Positions 49,930 through 63,050 of a stretch of 63,880 bases of DNA are shown here, one piece after another. Source of the stretch: Welwitschia mirabilis (taxonomy: Eukaryota). The notes under the pieces are model-generated. The model was not told the DNA's origin. It saw nothing but the letters and a program-made list of their open reading frames with translations, and ran no database searches. The position numbers were made by a program, and so were the translations under genes. The stretch spans positions 47,736,809 through 47,800,688 of the forward strand of contig JBOZIK010000001.1 of NCBI GenBank assembly GCA_051453625.1. The letters run 5' to 3'. Positions within the stretch are counted from its first letter, which is position 1, and each line of letters starts with the position of its first letter.

Positions 49930-52900
49930 AATTGAGTAAGGCCTAATCACCATGTTCTGGTAGAGCTTGAAGAATCTTTCTATACTTAATAAGTTAGTAA
50001 ACACATCTGCTAATTGATCCTTTATCCTAATTTATTTTACTATAATATCTATATTTGAGTATGCTTTTAAATAAAATGATGTTTGATCCCAATTTGTTTT
50101 ATCCTAGAATATTGTATAGGATTATTTAATATGTTAATTACATTTTTATTATCATAATAGATTGGAATATTCTTCATTACAAGTCCAAAATCCTTTAAAA
50201 TTTTCTTCATCTAGATCACATATGCATAACAACTTACAATAGCTACATTCTTAGCTTAAGCAATTAATACAATAGTTAAATTTTGTTTCTTACTACTCCA
50301 TGATACCAAGCATAGTCATAATACCAACCTTCACCTTTACTTCTCCTATCATTCTTACAAACTTCCCAATCTACATTAGAATACTCAACTAGAACAAGGT
50401 AGGAGTCCTTTGAGTACTAAAGCCTCTAGTTAGTAGTACCTTTTAAATAATAAAATATTATTTTAATAGTAATTAGATGTGAACCTATAGGGTCACTATC
50501 ATAATGATCACAAACTCCTACAATCAAGAAAATATTTGATCTACTAGTATCGAGATAAAGAGGACTACCAATCATACCTTTTTATAGATTTTGATTGATG
50601 TTCTTACCATGTTCCTCTTTGTCTAATTTTGTGCCTTGATTCATAAGTGTGTCTATTAACTTATAATCCTATAACCAATATTTAACTAATAGTTTCTCAA
50701 TATACTTGGTTTGAGTAATAAATGTATCTTATCTAAATTATACAACTTGTAGACCCAAGAAGTTGTTCATTTCTTCTACAAGGCTTATTTCAAATTCATC
50801 TTGCATGATCTTGATAAGCTTATTACATCATATTTATTAATAACACCAAATATAATGTCATCTACCTAAATTTGCATAATAGTAAAGTCTTTAACATGCA
50901 TTTTTAGAAATAAGATAACATCAAATGTACCTCTTGTAAATCTATTTTCTATTAGGTAATCTAAAATATTTTCATATCATGATTTAGGAACTTGCTTAAG
51001 TTCATAGAGAGTCTTTTTATCCTATAAATATAATTTAAGTTATATGAATTAGTAAAACATTTAGGTTGCTTGACATATACCTATTCTTATAGCACTTCAT
51101 TAAATAAGGCACTCTTAACATCCATTTAGTAGAGCTTAAACCCATTAACACATCCAAAATTTAAACATATTTTTATTGATTTCATTTGTGCCACTAGTCC
51201 AAAGGTACCTCCAAAGTCAATCCTTTCTTACTCGTTGTATTCTTTTAATATTAATCTTACCTTGTTTCTTATAATATTTTAATTTTTATTTATCTTATTT
51301 CTAAACATCTGTTTTGTTCCTATCACTAATTTATCTGATGGCCTTGAATTAAGTTTTCAAGAATCACATCTTTCAAACTAGTTAAAATCTTTCTACATAC
51401 ATATCATCTAATGTTCATCACCTTTATCTCGTTAAAGATCTTGAGCTTCACTTAGGAGATATAGGCTGTAAATCCACAAAATGCCTTAGTATGAATTTTT
51501 ATTTATATACTACCATATGGACTACTAATTATTTTACTAGTTGAGTGACTCTTTTTCAGTTTGATTATTTGTAAGGATGTTTGTTTTTTAGGTTTCCCTT
51601 CCTTCTTCTCATTACTATCTAGTTGTGTAGTGGATTGTTTATAGCTTTTTAAAGTTATATAAATATATAATCATCCTACAGGCTACTAGAAGTTGAGTTA
51701 GTATTATTAATTTTAACATTTTAGTTTTTTCTACCACTTGTATTCTCTTGTTTAACAATTGACAAGATTTATTAACTATTGCATATCATAGAAAAATACC
51801 TTCAATAATCTTGGAATTAAATTTTCTAAGCTGATCATTTTTATTTAGAACAAAATATTTAGAATAAAAAACATGAAAGTAATTTACTAAAGGTTTATCA
51901 CCAGACCATAGAGCATATGGAGTTTTAGAACTGAAACATCTTACCAAAACTCTATTGAAAACTTAATAAGCTATGTTAATGACCTTTGTCCAGAAATTAT
52001 AAAGAAGCTATTGATTATGCATCATTGGCCTTGCTATCATATTTAGTACTAGGTTCTTTCTTTCAGCTTCTCCATTGTGTTATGGTGCTCTTGGAGTTGA
52101 GAATTAATAAAGTATGCTAAACTACTCGTAAACATTCCTGAATCTTACATTCTTAAATTATATACCATTATCACTCCTTATTGTTTTAATCTTGCAAACT
52201 TTTTATTTTATAATGTAACATACAACTTAGAAAAGATGTCAAAGACCTCATCCTTATATGTAAGAAAGGGCATCCATGTAAAATGTGAATAATCATAAAT
52301 AATAGTTAAGTAACATAATTTCTTATCAAGATTTTTAGTATGATATGGACTAACAATATTAAGATTGAAAGATCTAAAGGATGTTTAGTAGAGATAGAAT
52401 TTTTCTTATCAAATCTTACCCTTATTTTCTTTCCCTTTTGATAACATTTACAAACCTGATCATCAAAATTTTACAATTTGAAAAGTTCTCTTATCATGTC
52501 CTTCAAGAAGAGGGTCTTTAATAGATCTTTATTCATGCATGTAGGATTTTTGTGTCATATCTTTGCATCACTTATAGTATGTAATAAATACTTGATATCT
52601 TTTCCAAAAATATCTTATAATATGGTAATTTAAATATTCGATTTTCTAACTCTAGCAAAAATATCTTTATTTTACTTACATTATTTAATAATATAATGAT
52701 TTTTGATAAAAGTCATAGAAAAAATTGCATCACATAGTTGACTCGCACTAAGTAAATTATGTTGTAAAACTTTAACTTAAAACACATACTTTACCTCAGG
52801 TATATTAACTTTATTAATAGTTTTAATATCTCTAATTAGTGCTTTTGTGTTGTTACCAAAGGTAATCACACGTTTGTCTTGCTTAACCAAGGAAGTAAAG

Positions 52901-54730
52901 CTGGAGTTATCACCTCATGTGTTTGAAGCATCCACTATAAAGATATCAAGCATGTATCTTTATAGATCATAGGAGAATTTGTGCTAAGAAATTTGACCTT
53001 AATTTAGAAATTCAAATTTGATTTGGTTTTGACTACACAAGCTATTGCATCATTCTTTTTGTCCTTTTGGCATTGTTAGAATAGTATCTTCTACCAAACC
53101 TATATGGATAATTAAATTTATAGTGATGGTATTTGTGACAGTAATAGTAAGTAATATTATTAGTAAAATTTAAATGTTCATACCTTTGATTATAGTTCCA
53201 TCTATTAAAAAGTGAGGTTGACGTACTTGTGAAAGATTCATTGTGCCCTACGCTACTTTTGTCATTGATGCTTCTACATTATCTAAGCATAACTTTTAAC
53301 ATCTTCTTTTCTTGGATTAATTTGTCATTAATATTCTTTTTTTTTTTTTTAAGTTCATATCGGACATGTTTCAACTCACATGTTTATTTACTAATCTTAG
53401 ACTTAAATGCTTAGTTTTCATTTGTTAATTTATTACAATAATCCTTTTCTTGCTCATAAGCTAATTCATGATTATGAAGCAGCTTATTCATCTTGGACCA
53501 TACTTTTTACAACTTAATAAATTCTTTAAAAACTAGATCATATCTTTCTTGAATTTTCATACCTATTTTGTTTTCACTTTCTAACTCTTAATCATTTCCT
53601 TTCTCTTCTTTGTCACTTTAGATATGGATTATGGCCACATAAGAGGGGTAAGCTCTCTCCTACTCTAAACTATCTACTTCTATGACATATTCATCTTCAT
53701 CCCAACTTATAAAAAAAATATTTCTTTTTCTTGAACTTTTTATTTTGTTATTTATCTTACAAATGATTAGAGCTAACCTGTTCTCACCCTCCATAAACCC
53801 AACATTCTAATCTGAAAATAATATCATTACAAGAAGAACTAAAGATAGAAAAAGACTTACGTTTGGTATTATTTTTGGTTTGAACTCTTAATAACATAAT
53901 CTAGTCCTTCTTTCTATTGTTCCTTTGTGATAGAAGTTTCTTAACACATCTTGTGATTAGAAAAAGTTCTTCATCAACATTATCTTATGAATCATGTATA
54001 TCTTAAACTTCCTTTACCTTTTCTTTAGAAGCTTGTCCTGATATTTTACTTGCCTTAAGAGTAAGGGGCTTTACTTTTATGGCACCATCTTGGATGAGGT
54101 CTGTTTTGTAACTTATTAAATCACTTTATAGTTAATCAATCTTTAAGGTGTTAAAATCTCTTAATTCTTCCCTTATGGTTGGCTTTATCCTATATCTAAA
54201 AGTCAAGGATTTAATCATTTTTTGATTTACCTTGACCTCTATAAGATATCTACACTTCCATGATTAGCATTCATAATGTTGTTAACCCTTATATATTATT
54301 CATGCACACTCTCTCTATTATTTATCTTAAGGTTCTCAAACATATTTATCCAAATTAAGAGTCTTAATTGCTTGACAATCAAGGTTTTTCATATGTATCT
54401 TCTAAAACAGTTTATATCTCTTTGATAATTTTGCATCCTACTATCTTATTAAAGTCTTTCATAGTAAGGGCTAAATAGAGAGCATTCTTTACCTTTGAGT
54501 CTTAGATGAAGGTTGTCTTGTCTTGGTCTTTTCATTTTCTCCTAAGCTTGACTTATGTGAAGGTGCTTCTTATATAATTAATGAAGGTTTCTATTGGATC
54601 TATGTATTCATCATCAATGCTTTACTAAACTTAAAACTCAAAAGACACTTAGTACATCTACATCTGCATCTTATAATAGGCATAGTTTAACCCATCAAAG
54701 AGCAGAGGTCTGATGGATGGAAGCCCATAA
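49930..54730 (-). pseudogene. gag-pol: Sirevirus gag-pol, heavily disrupted
   Basis: RPLLFDGLNYAYYK (gag, ~54670-54712), YLYSGCFKHM (protease, ~52915-52946), DYSHFTW, IRSDNG and NGEAERKN (integrase, 52055-52300), VIGTKQMFRNK, MDVKSA and I*VDDIIFG (RT, 50845-51330; cf. SIRE YVDDIIFG), DQLADVFT (RH, ~50000). Confidence 0.9.
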
Positions 54731-54763
54731 TTTACTCAAAGAGGTTAAATCTTATAAGTATTT

Positions 54764-54775
54764 GCTCTGATATCA
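54764..54775 (-). promoter_or_regulatory. PBS (tRNA-iMet), one mismatch
   Basis: gctctgatatca versus canonical gctctgatacca, 2 nt from the LTR. Confidence 0.85.
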
Positions 54776-54777
54776 CT

Positions 54778-56340
54778 TTAGGATTATTGAACTCAACGGA
54801 AAGATATGAATGTATTTTTCTAAATAAAATTTAACTAAATAATTAATAAACAGAACAAAAAGGAAATCTTACCATTTTACATGGTTTTCCAACCTGGGTA
54901 TGTCCACACATAGATGATAGCTTCACTTCATACATTTAAACATTCTTAACATATAAACATAGTATTTTTGAATAATAATCAACCTTACAACCCAATGAGA
55001 TGCTCCCCTCAATGTAGAAATCTCTTTTGCTTAAGGAGTTTAGTAAATCAATATCAAAAAATACTCTTAAGCACTTATTTAATATCAAGAAGTAATCCAT
55101 GCAAGGGTTTTCTTACAAATTTGAATTCTTAAGTGAGAGATGAGGGATCCTAGAAAAAGAGATTAATAAAAATGATTTTATACTTGGTAATATAAGATTC
55201 AACAAATTAAATAGTCTAATAAAGAAATATCAAGACTACAATAAAAGAAGAATAAGCCCAAAATAATATACTAAGTATAGTTTCTTAAGTCGTTCTTCAA
55301 TGTACTCATCCACAAGATTCAAATATCAGAGCTATAGTAGTCGATAAGCATACAAACTTAAGATATCTTCCATAATAGTTTTCTTCAATCAAGTTTGAGA
55401 GATTTCAACTTGTTTAGTTCCAACTTGATTTGTTAAAAATTTATTAAATCATTTTGCTTTATGCCTTTTATACTTCTAAAGTGATCTTGTCCATTAACCT
55501 AAAAGATGATTATCTAAATTAGTCTAAATACCTTTTAATAACTAGAAATCAATTGGTTTCTATTATTTAATGGCCATTTTTATTTTACATTAATTTTCAG
55601 TGTAGATGTCTTTAATCTCATAGATGTCTTTTAGGTAGACATCTTCAATTCTTATAGATGTCTTTTAAGTAGACATATCCAACATGAAAAACATCTTTAG
55701 AAAATGTTTCTAAATTCTAATAAGCTTTGAAGTATTATTTATATGATCCTCTAATATTATGAGTTCTTCATCTAAAAAGTTCATTGGATTCTTTGGAAAA
55801 TAAATGACCTTTACTTTTATTCTATTGGCACAAACTGTCACATGTCACCTATTTTAGTTCATCATAGATGTCTTTCTTATGATAGACATCTTTGATCAGT
55901 GCATTAAATGTACATGTCTTCCATATAATAGATGTCTTTTCTTTTGATTTAGGCTCACTTTTAGTGTAAACATATTCTAACTAATAGACATCTCACTTTT
56001 TGATTTAGGCTTACTTTTAGTGTAGATGTCTTTAAACATATAGATGTCTTTATCATAAATGTCTTTAACATTGTAGATGTCTATGGTTCATCTCATCCAA
56101 ATTTGATGACTTTTGAATTAAATGTTATCTAGCTTGAAGCACTATAAATCTCTTAAGAATATCTTATACTATGCCTTATAACTAATTTTTATTAACTAGA
56201 GACTCATTTTTATTGACTATGATCTTTTCTTGTATTTTAAGTGTCCTGCCAACTTAAGAGATATCTTTAGTATCCTATTTAGGCATCAAAACACATTACA
56301 TTTGATAAGTGAAATAATAAAAACTAGGATTTTTCTAACT
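54778..56340 (-). repeat. Sirevirus A 5' LTR (1563 bp)
   Basis: Homologous to 45050-47079, bounded by the PBS and the TSD. Terminal dinucleotides are mutated. Confidence 0.9.
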
Positions 56341-56849
56341 CTTTATAATATGTATTTTACTTAATGAATCTAGCTATGGTTAGCCTAATGATTGGTTTAC
56401 TGGTGCATATGGATTACTCTAGGATGTGGTCATTTACTTTAGCATGATTAAGCCATGTTATAAGGTTGACCTTATTTGAAACTAGTCTACTTTTCTTAGT
56501 AAAAACTTAATTCTTACTATCTTAGTACTACCTTAGCTTGCCTCTTTACTAGCTTAATTCTTTTATGACTTTATGTTTTTACAATTTGATATTCTGCTTC
56601 TTAAATACTTATCATTAAGTAAGGTTTTGTTAAAAATAGAAACCTTCTTGTTTCTTATATATATTATTCCAATTTATTCTTCTTATTCATCTCATTCCCA
56701 TTTTACATTACTGCCATTACTACTAAAAATAATTAGTGGTAAAACTATCTCTACATTTTTCTCTTATATTTTCATTTCATAATTATGTTGATTAGTTGGC
56801 TAAGCCTTTTTTTATTCTAACAACATTGTTCCTTGATAAACATAATTAA

Positions 56850-57640
56850 GAGTTAGTTTCATATAATTCTTCACCAATAAATTTTTTGCCATTTTTATTG
56901 TTCATCATGTGATTCCCTCTTAGATAACAATTGTTTCATGCAATCAATAATAGTTACCTATCTTTTGTCTAGGAGTAAGATGGTACTTTTTTAAAATTGT
57001 GGTTATTTAACTATTATATCAAAGACTCTGTTTATAGTATTTGCTCAATGTAATCAATAATACTTATGTATCTTTTGTCTAAGAGTAAGATGATGCCTTC
57101 TCTTCTTCTTGTACCTTTTCGATTGTGAAACTAAAGACTCCATTTTTAAATAGCAATTTCATAGTATCTTTAACAAAATTTGAGGTGATCACCATTACTA
57201 ATAGGTGTTGTGTTTTACTAAGAAAATTTATTACCTTATTCCAGTTTTTAAAAGTATATTTCAATTTAGGCTCATATTTCACTAGAAACTCCATTCGTTT
57301 TATTTACCTTATGTTTAGTACCTATTACTTCTAGAAGTACACTAGACTCTTTAAGAATAAACTAGTTTCTTAAGAGATAATGCCTCCATGCTTTTAGAGC
57401 ATTTCTGATTACTAATAGTTTTAAGGCACACATTAGGTTTTTTTTTCATACTTGTTAAGCTTACAAAACTTAAACTAACTATCATATGTTCATCTTACAT
57501 AAGAATCTTTCTAATGCTCTAACCACAAGCATGTGTTTTTATCATGAAGATATTTTCTAGATTTGCAATCTGCAATACATAAGTAGACATTATTGGTAAC
57601 TTAATTGTAGAAAGAGCCCTTTTAAACTTAGTATTAAAAC
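56850..57640 (-). pseudogene. pol: Ty3/gypsy (chromovirus-like) RNase H / integrase N-terminal remnant
   Basis: STYVLQIANLENIFMIKTHACG*SIRKILM*DEH (~57495-57590; cf. PVL.LPDF...F.IETDACG.GIGAVLMQ.GH) and MEFLVKYEPKLKYTFKNWNKVINFLSK (ORF 57079-57294; cf. EFL..Y...I.Y..G..NKVAD.LSR). Confidence 0.7.
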
Positions 57641-57834
57641 TAAAGGACATTGTAATAAAATTAAATAATATCAGTTAGATTAGTTAAGAATCTATAATCT
57701 ATAATTACCCCTTTACAAATCTTCTATAAAATCTTGTTAAGCCTAGAAAACGTTTAATCTCTACAAGGTTTTTGGATTGACTATTCACTTACAACCTTGT
57801 GCATACTTAGACTAGTAGAAATTCCAAAGGTAAC

Positions 57835-57937
57835 CTATCAACTCCTTAAAAAACATTAGTGAGCTTTACTTTTATATAGCTAGCTTATCAACCCCTTCAA
57901 AAACTCACATTTAGTGAGCTTTACTTTTATATAGCTA
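57835..57937. repeat. Two-copy direct repeat (~50 bp) containing a minus-strand TATA-like box
   Basis: tatcaac.cctt.aaaaac...ttagtgagctttacttttatatagcta occurs twice. Confidence 0.85.
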
Positions 57938-59829
57938 TTATTTAGAACACTGATTACTTTTTAAAATTATGTTTCCCTATCCTTCTAATGTTTTTTTTTA
58001 ATTTTTAATAAAAAACACTATGATTGAGTATTCCTACATGTCAAGATATTTGAGACATTTTAGTTAGGTTGTTACATTGATTCATCCATTAGTTAAAATT
58101 TTAGTTGATTGTTGTGATACAATTTATCATGTTTTCATAATGTAATTGATGATGTTTTACAGGGGATAGGACATTAATTTAGTCATTTTCGGGATCTCTA
58201 TTATGAAGTAATAGAATGACTTAATTGTGTTCTTAAACACTTTTTTTTAGCTAATAATAGCATGATTTCAACCATGACATATTTGATCCAAAGTTAAAGG
58301 CAAAAACTCAACGAATTGACTATCATCCCATATGTTTTCCCCATGATAATGGCCATGACACCACTTCAAAAGGGAATGGAGCTGCTGACATGGCAGTACT
58401 AAGATGCCAAGTAATTAGGGTTACTATTGTATTAGATGTCATCCACATAACATAGGCCATGACACTTCGACTAAGATTCAAATTTTAATTTTAATGACAT
58501 TCTAATGTGGTAGCCTGTGATTGGATATGAAGGCGTGTCATGCTCTTGGTTGTTTCCATGACAATAATGAACATGACAAACTAATAACTTCTTCCTAACT
58601 AAGTCAATTTTAGCCTAGTTTGTGCTTAATGATTCTTCTTCACCTATACACAGGCACATGCTCTATGGAGACTTCACCTAGGGGATGGTTGGTCATAATT
58701 GAATTCTTGCCTACAGATCCTTTTCTTGTGATAGTGGTTGCATCTTCCTCGCCATGAAGAACAGTTTCTCTAGATACTAAATCATTTTGAAAAAATATAA
58801 TTAATAACTAAGTTTTGCTTTCCTACCTTATCAGAGAGTTTTGTCAGTCCCTTAACAAATAAAGCAAAAGAGGACTTTGTGATGCTACTTTAACTAGGAA
58901 AAGAAGATCTCAACATATATCATAATAAAAACATTTTGTAAAATGCATGTCTAGGCATATTAGAAAATAAGATAGAAAATAATCATAAAAGTNNNNNNNN
59001 NNNNNNNNNNNNNNNNNNNNNNNNNNNNNNNNNNNNNNNNNNNNNNNNNNNNNNNNNNNNNNNNNNNNNNNNNNNNNNNNNNNNNNNNNNNNNNNNNNNN
59101 NNNNNNNNNNNNNNNNNNNNNNNNNNNNNNNNNNNNNNNNNNNNNNNNNNNNNNNNNNNNNNNNNNNNNNNNNNNNNNNNNNNNNNNNNNNNNNNNNNNN
59201 NNNNNNNNNNNNNNNNNNNNNNNNNNNNNNNNNNNNNNNNNNNNNNNNNNNNNNNNNNNNNNNNNNNNNNNNNNNNNNNNNNNNNNNNNNNNNNNNNNNN
59301 NNNNNNNNNNNNNNNNNNNNNNNNNNNNNNNNNNNNNNNNNNNNNNNNNNNNNNNNNNNNNNNNNNNNNNNNNNNNNNNNNNNNNNNNNNNNNNNNNNNN
59401 NNNNNNNNNNNNNNNNNNNNNNNNNNNNNNNNNNNNNNNNNNNNNNNNNNNNNNNNNNNNNNNNNNNNNNNNNNNNNNNNNNNNNNNNNNNNNNNNNNNN
59501 NNNNNNNNNNNNNNNNNNNNNNNNNNNNNNNNNNNNNNNNNNNNNNNNNNNNNNNNNNNNNNNNNNNNNNNNNNNNNNNNNNNNNNNNNNNNNNNNNNNN
59601 NNNNNNNNNNNNNNNNNNNNNNNNNNNNNNNNNNNNNNNNNNNNNNNNNNNNNNNNNNNNNNNNNNNNNNNNNNNNNNNNNNNNNNNNNNNNNNNNNNNN
59701 NNNNNNNNNNNNNNNNNNNNNNNNNNNNNNNNNNNNNNNNNNNNAGTGTACATAATGCTTACTTTTCATGGATCTTTTTCACATAATTTAGAAGTAGAAG
59801 TAGATGTAGTATGGGCCTTGGCCAATTTT

Positions 59830-60994
59830 ACTTCTTTGATTACTTTCACCATCTTTCTCAGAAGTGGTCTATCACTGTCACTACTAGCTTCATCATCATA
59901 GATATTTTATTTTTGTTTGCCCTCTTAATGTTTTATATGATTTAGTTCTCTTAATGATTATTCAAGGGTCTTCTTTTCTCTTGGTTTAGGCCATAATTGA
60001 CTAAGTTCAACTAAATCATGCAAATGTTGTCATGCTTCATTGGTTGTGTGTTGAAATAAACTCCCTTCACAAGATAAATCCACCATTTGTTTTGTTGCAC
60101 TAATTAGGCTATTATAGAAGTGGTAGATCAATTCTTCTTACTTGAATTCATCTATAGGATTGGTTAAAACTAGAATTAGGAATCTTTCTTATGAAGAAGC
60201 TTAATCTTCATTATCTTTTTGTTGAAAATTGGTCACCTGATGATGTCTTTACCTAAGAATGTTTCGACTAATGAATTGTTTGAAAAAGCTTTCTTTGGTA
60301 TCTTTCCAAGTTTTAAGGCTCTTATGGGGTAAGCTCTTAAGTGAATTTTTAGCTTTTCCACTTAACGTGTAGGGAAATACTATCATGTAATTCCTATACA
60401 TTAGGGCTTCTTTCCATTAGATGTGAGCATCAATTGTTCTATGACAACGATATGTTCATACGGATCCTCGTGAGTTTCTCCATAGAAAGAGGAATAAGCA
60501 TTAAGATTTTTGATTTCTATGTCATCCCCAATAGGAAGCTCAAAAGGGTTATGGGTTTTTGTAAGTTTTGATTCATATTTGTCTTGAAGGATTGGTTGAA
60601 CAATACCATTAGAATTTGAAGACATTGTGGGGTATGGTAAATAGGGAGGGCTTTCACTTAAGCGTTTAATATCTAATGAATAATAAGTTGAAACTTATTT
60701 ATCAAAAGAAATTAAGATAGGCCTAGAAGGACTTGTATATGAGGAGGTGGTTTTTATTTCAAGAGGATGTTTTGAAATTTTAGAAGATGGCTCAGTAGAT
60801 AATGAAACACTTTTAAAACGCAAACTAAGATCTTCTATCAAATCGGATTCATCAATTTCAGATTTAATATAAAGTTGCTCACCTCTGGTCCTTGAGTTAT
60901 AAATTTGAACACCTTGTTGAATTATCTTTTGCAAAAATTGCTTTTCACATTGATAACATATCTTTTTCCCTTTCTCTTTAGGATTTGATGGCAT
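59830..60994 (-). pseudogene. gag: Athila-type gag remnant
   Basis: FELPIGDDIEIKNLNAYSSFYGETHEDPYEH (ORF 60401-60625), FPYTLSGKAKNSLKSLPHKSLKTW (~60305-60380), FYNSLISATKQMVDLSCEG (~60063-60120). Confidence 0.85.
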
Positions 60995-62148
60995 TACCTT
61001 GCTTGATCTAAAATAGAAATTAAACCTTTTAAGTAATCTTCAGGTTCACATTAAAGTGCAAGGAGTAGATCTAATGGCTAAGAGTGATGTTTATTCTTGG
61101 AATCTTCACTTAGAATCCAAGAAAAAGACACCAAAAGGCTTCTTGCTATGTGGTAACCAGATTGCATAAGGCATAATAAGGTACCTAACAAGGCTAATGT
61201 ACTTCTTCAAGTGTGGTGTAGATCCAAAGAATAATTACCACTCGAAGAGGGTACTTTGAATGAAAAGAGAATAGAGAGAGAAAACACAAGTTGTAATAAA
61301 AGAGGCACACAACACAAACAACAAGTCAAAACAATGTGTTACCCTCTAAAGATGAATAATCTTGCTTAGATAGGGGTATACCTTAGAGNNNNNNNNNNNN
61401 NNNNNNNNNNNNNNNNNNNNNNNNNNNNNNNNNNNNNNNNNNNNNNNNNNNNNNNNNNNNNNNNNNNNNNNNNNNNNNNNNNNNNNNNNNNNNNNNNNNN
61501 NNNNNNNNNNNNNNNNNNNNNNNNNNNNNNNNNNNNNNNNNNNNNNNNNNNNNNNNNNNNNNNNNNNNNNNNNNNNNNNNNNNNNNNNNNNNNNNNNNNN
61601 NNNNNNNNNNNNNNNNNNNNNNNNNNNNNNNNNNNNNNNNNNNNNNNNNNNNNNNNNNNNNNNNNNNNNNNNNNNNNNNNNNNNNNNNNNNNNNNNNNNN
61701 NNNNNNNNNNNNNNNNNNNNNNNNNNNNNNNNNNNNNNNNNNNNNNNNNNNNNNNNNNNNNNNNNNNNNNNNNNNNNNNNNNNNNNNNNNNNNNNNNNNN
61801 NNNNNNNNNNNNNNNNNNNNNNNNNNNNNNNNNNNNNNNNNNNNNNNNNNNNNNNNNNNNNNNNNNNNNNNNNNNNNNNNNNNNNNNNNNNNNNNNNNNN
61901 NNNNNNNNNNNNNNNNNNNNNNNNNNNNNNNNNNNNNNNNNNNNNNNNNNNNNNNNNNNNNNNNNNNNNNNNNNNNNNNNNNNNNNNNNNNNNNNNNNNN
62001 NNNNNNNNNNNNNNNNNNNNNNNNNNNNNNNNNNNNNNNNNNNNNNNNNNNNNNNNNNNNNNNNNNNNNNNNNNNNNNNNNNNNNNNNNNNNNNNNNNNN
62101 NNNNNNNNNNNNNNNNNNNNNNNNNNNNNNNNNNNNNNNNNNNNNNNN

Positions 62149-63050
62149 TTGGATAGAGGTAGTCCTTAGAGATAATCTTACCTTTGATCAAAAGGTAAGT
62201 AGATCTCTTTAGATAATCCCCTCAACACAAGTACATTGAACCCATAGGTATTAGATATAAACCAAAAGCAAATAGATGAAATGATAGCATAAAGTTCAAT
62301 CTACTTACTCTTGATTGATTACACTTGATAGCATGTCTTGACATTTCCCAACAATGACCCCTAGATGTTGGTGGCCTAGATTACACTTCAAAAGGAATCA
62401 ATTCTATAAATGATCTGATTGCATTTAGGCTTAGTATAAGGTGATTCAACTAACAAATTTCATATACTTGAGAGAATAAGTTAACATACTAATCAAGCAC
62501 ATGATTTAGAAAGAATGATCTATTGCTAAATTTTTTCGCAATGTTAATTTATGATTTTGATTAATTGGAGTTTACCTGACACTCTCTTCTTAGTGTTAAA
62601 GTTGTTATAGCTAGATTTCGCAAAGTCAAATTAAAAATAGAATGCATTCATACGGCTCATTGCATATTAAACATAAAAGATCATCTTCTTATAAATTTGA
62701 TTTAAATTAAGACGACGAGTTTATTAGATAGCATGAAAAATTAATATGAACACATAATTCAACTAGAAAAAAGAGAATTAAAATTACAACAAACAATGCA
62801 ATTTGAACAAAACCATAATTTATTGAATGAAACAAAGACATTACACTTTATTGATAAATCGACAAATATAAAAAGGCATATTAATATACTACTGGTGATT
62901 TGCTTAACTACAAAAGAGCAAACCTTAATGTGACAAGCAGGACCTTATAAATTACAATGAAATGTATGTCTCTCAAAAGATGCAGACATCCAAGAAGTGC
63001 TAATAAAAAGAATTAGATAAAAAAAAAATAAAAAAGGGATGACATGTTAC
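62149..63050 (-). repeat. Probable LTR sequence of the element carrying the 59830-60994 gag
   Basis: Position upstream of gag and non-coding LTR-like composition only. The PBS is not seen (it may be in the N gap) and there is no partner LTR. Confidence 0.3.

Larger units (their letters stand above)
45050..56340 (-). mobile_element. Full-length decayed Sirevirus (Ty1/copia SIRE) element A, ~11 kb
   Basis: Paired LTRs, PBS, PPT signature, gag-pol and an extra ORF. Perfect 5-bp TSD cttta at 45045-45049 and 56341-56345. Confidence 0.92.
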
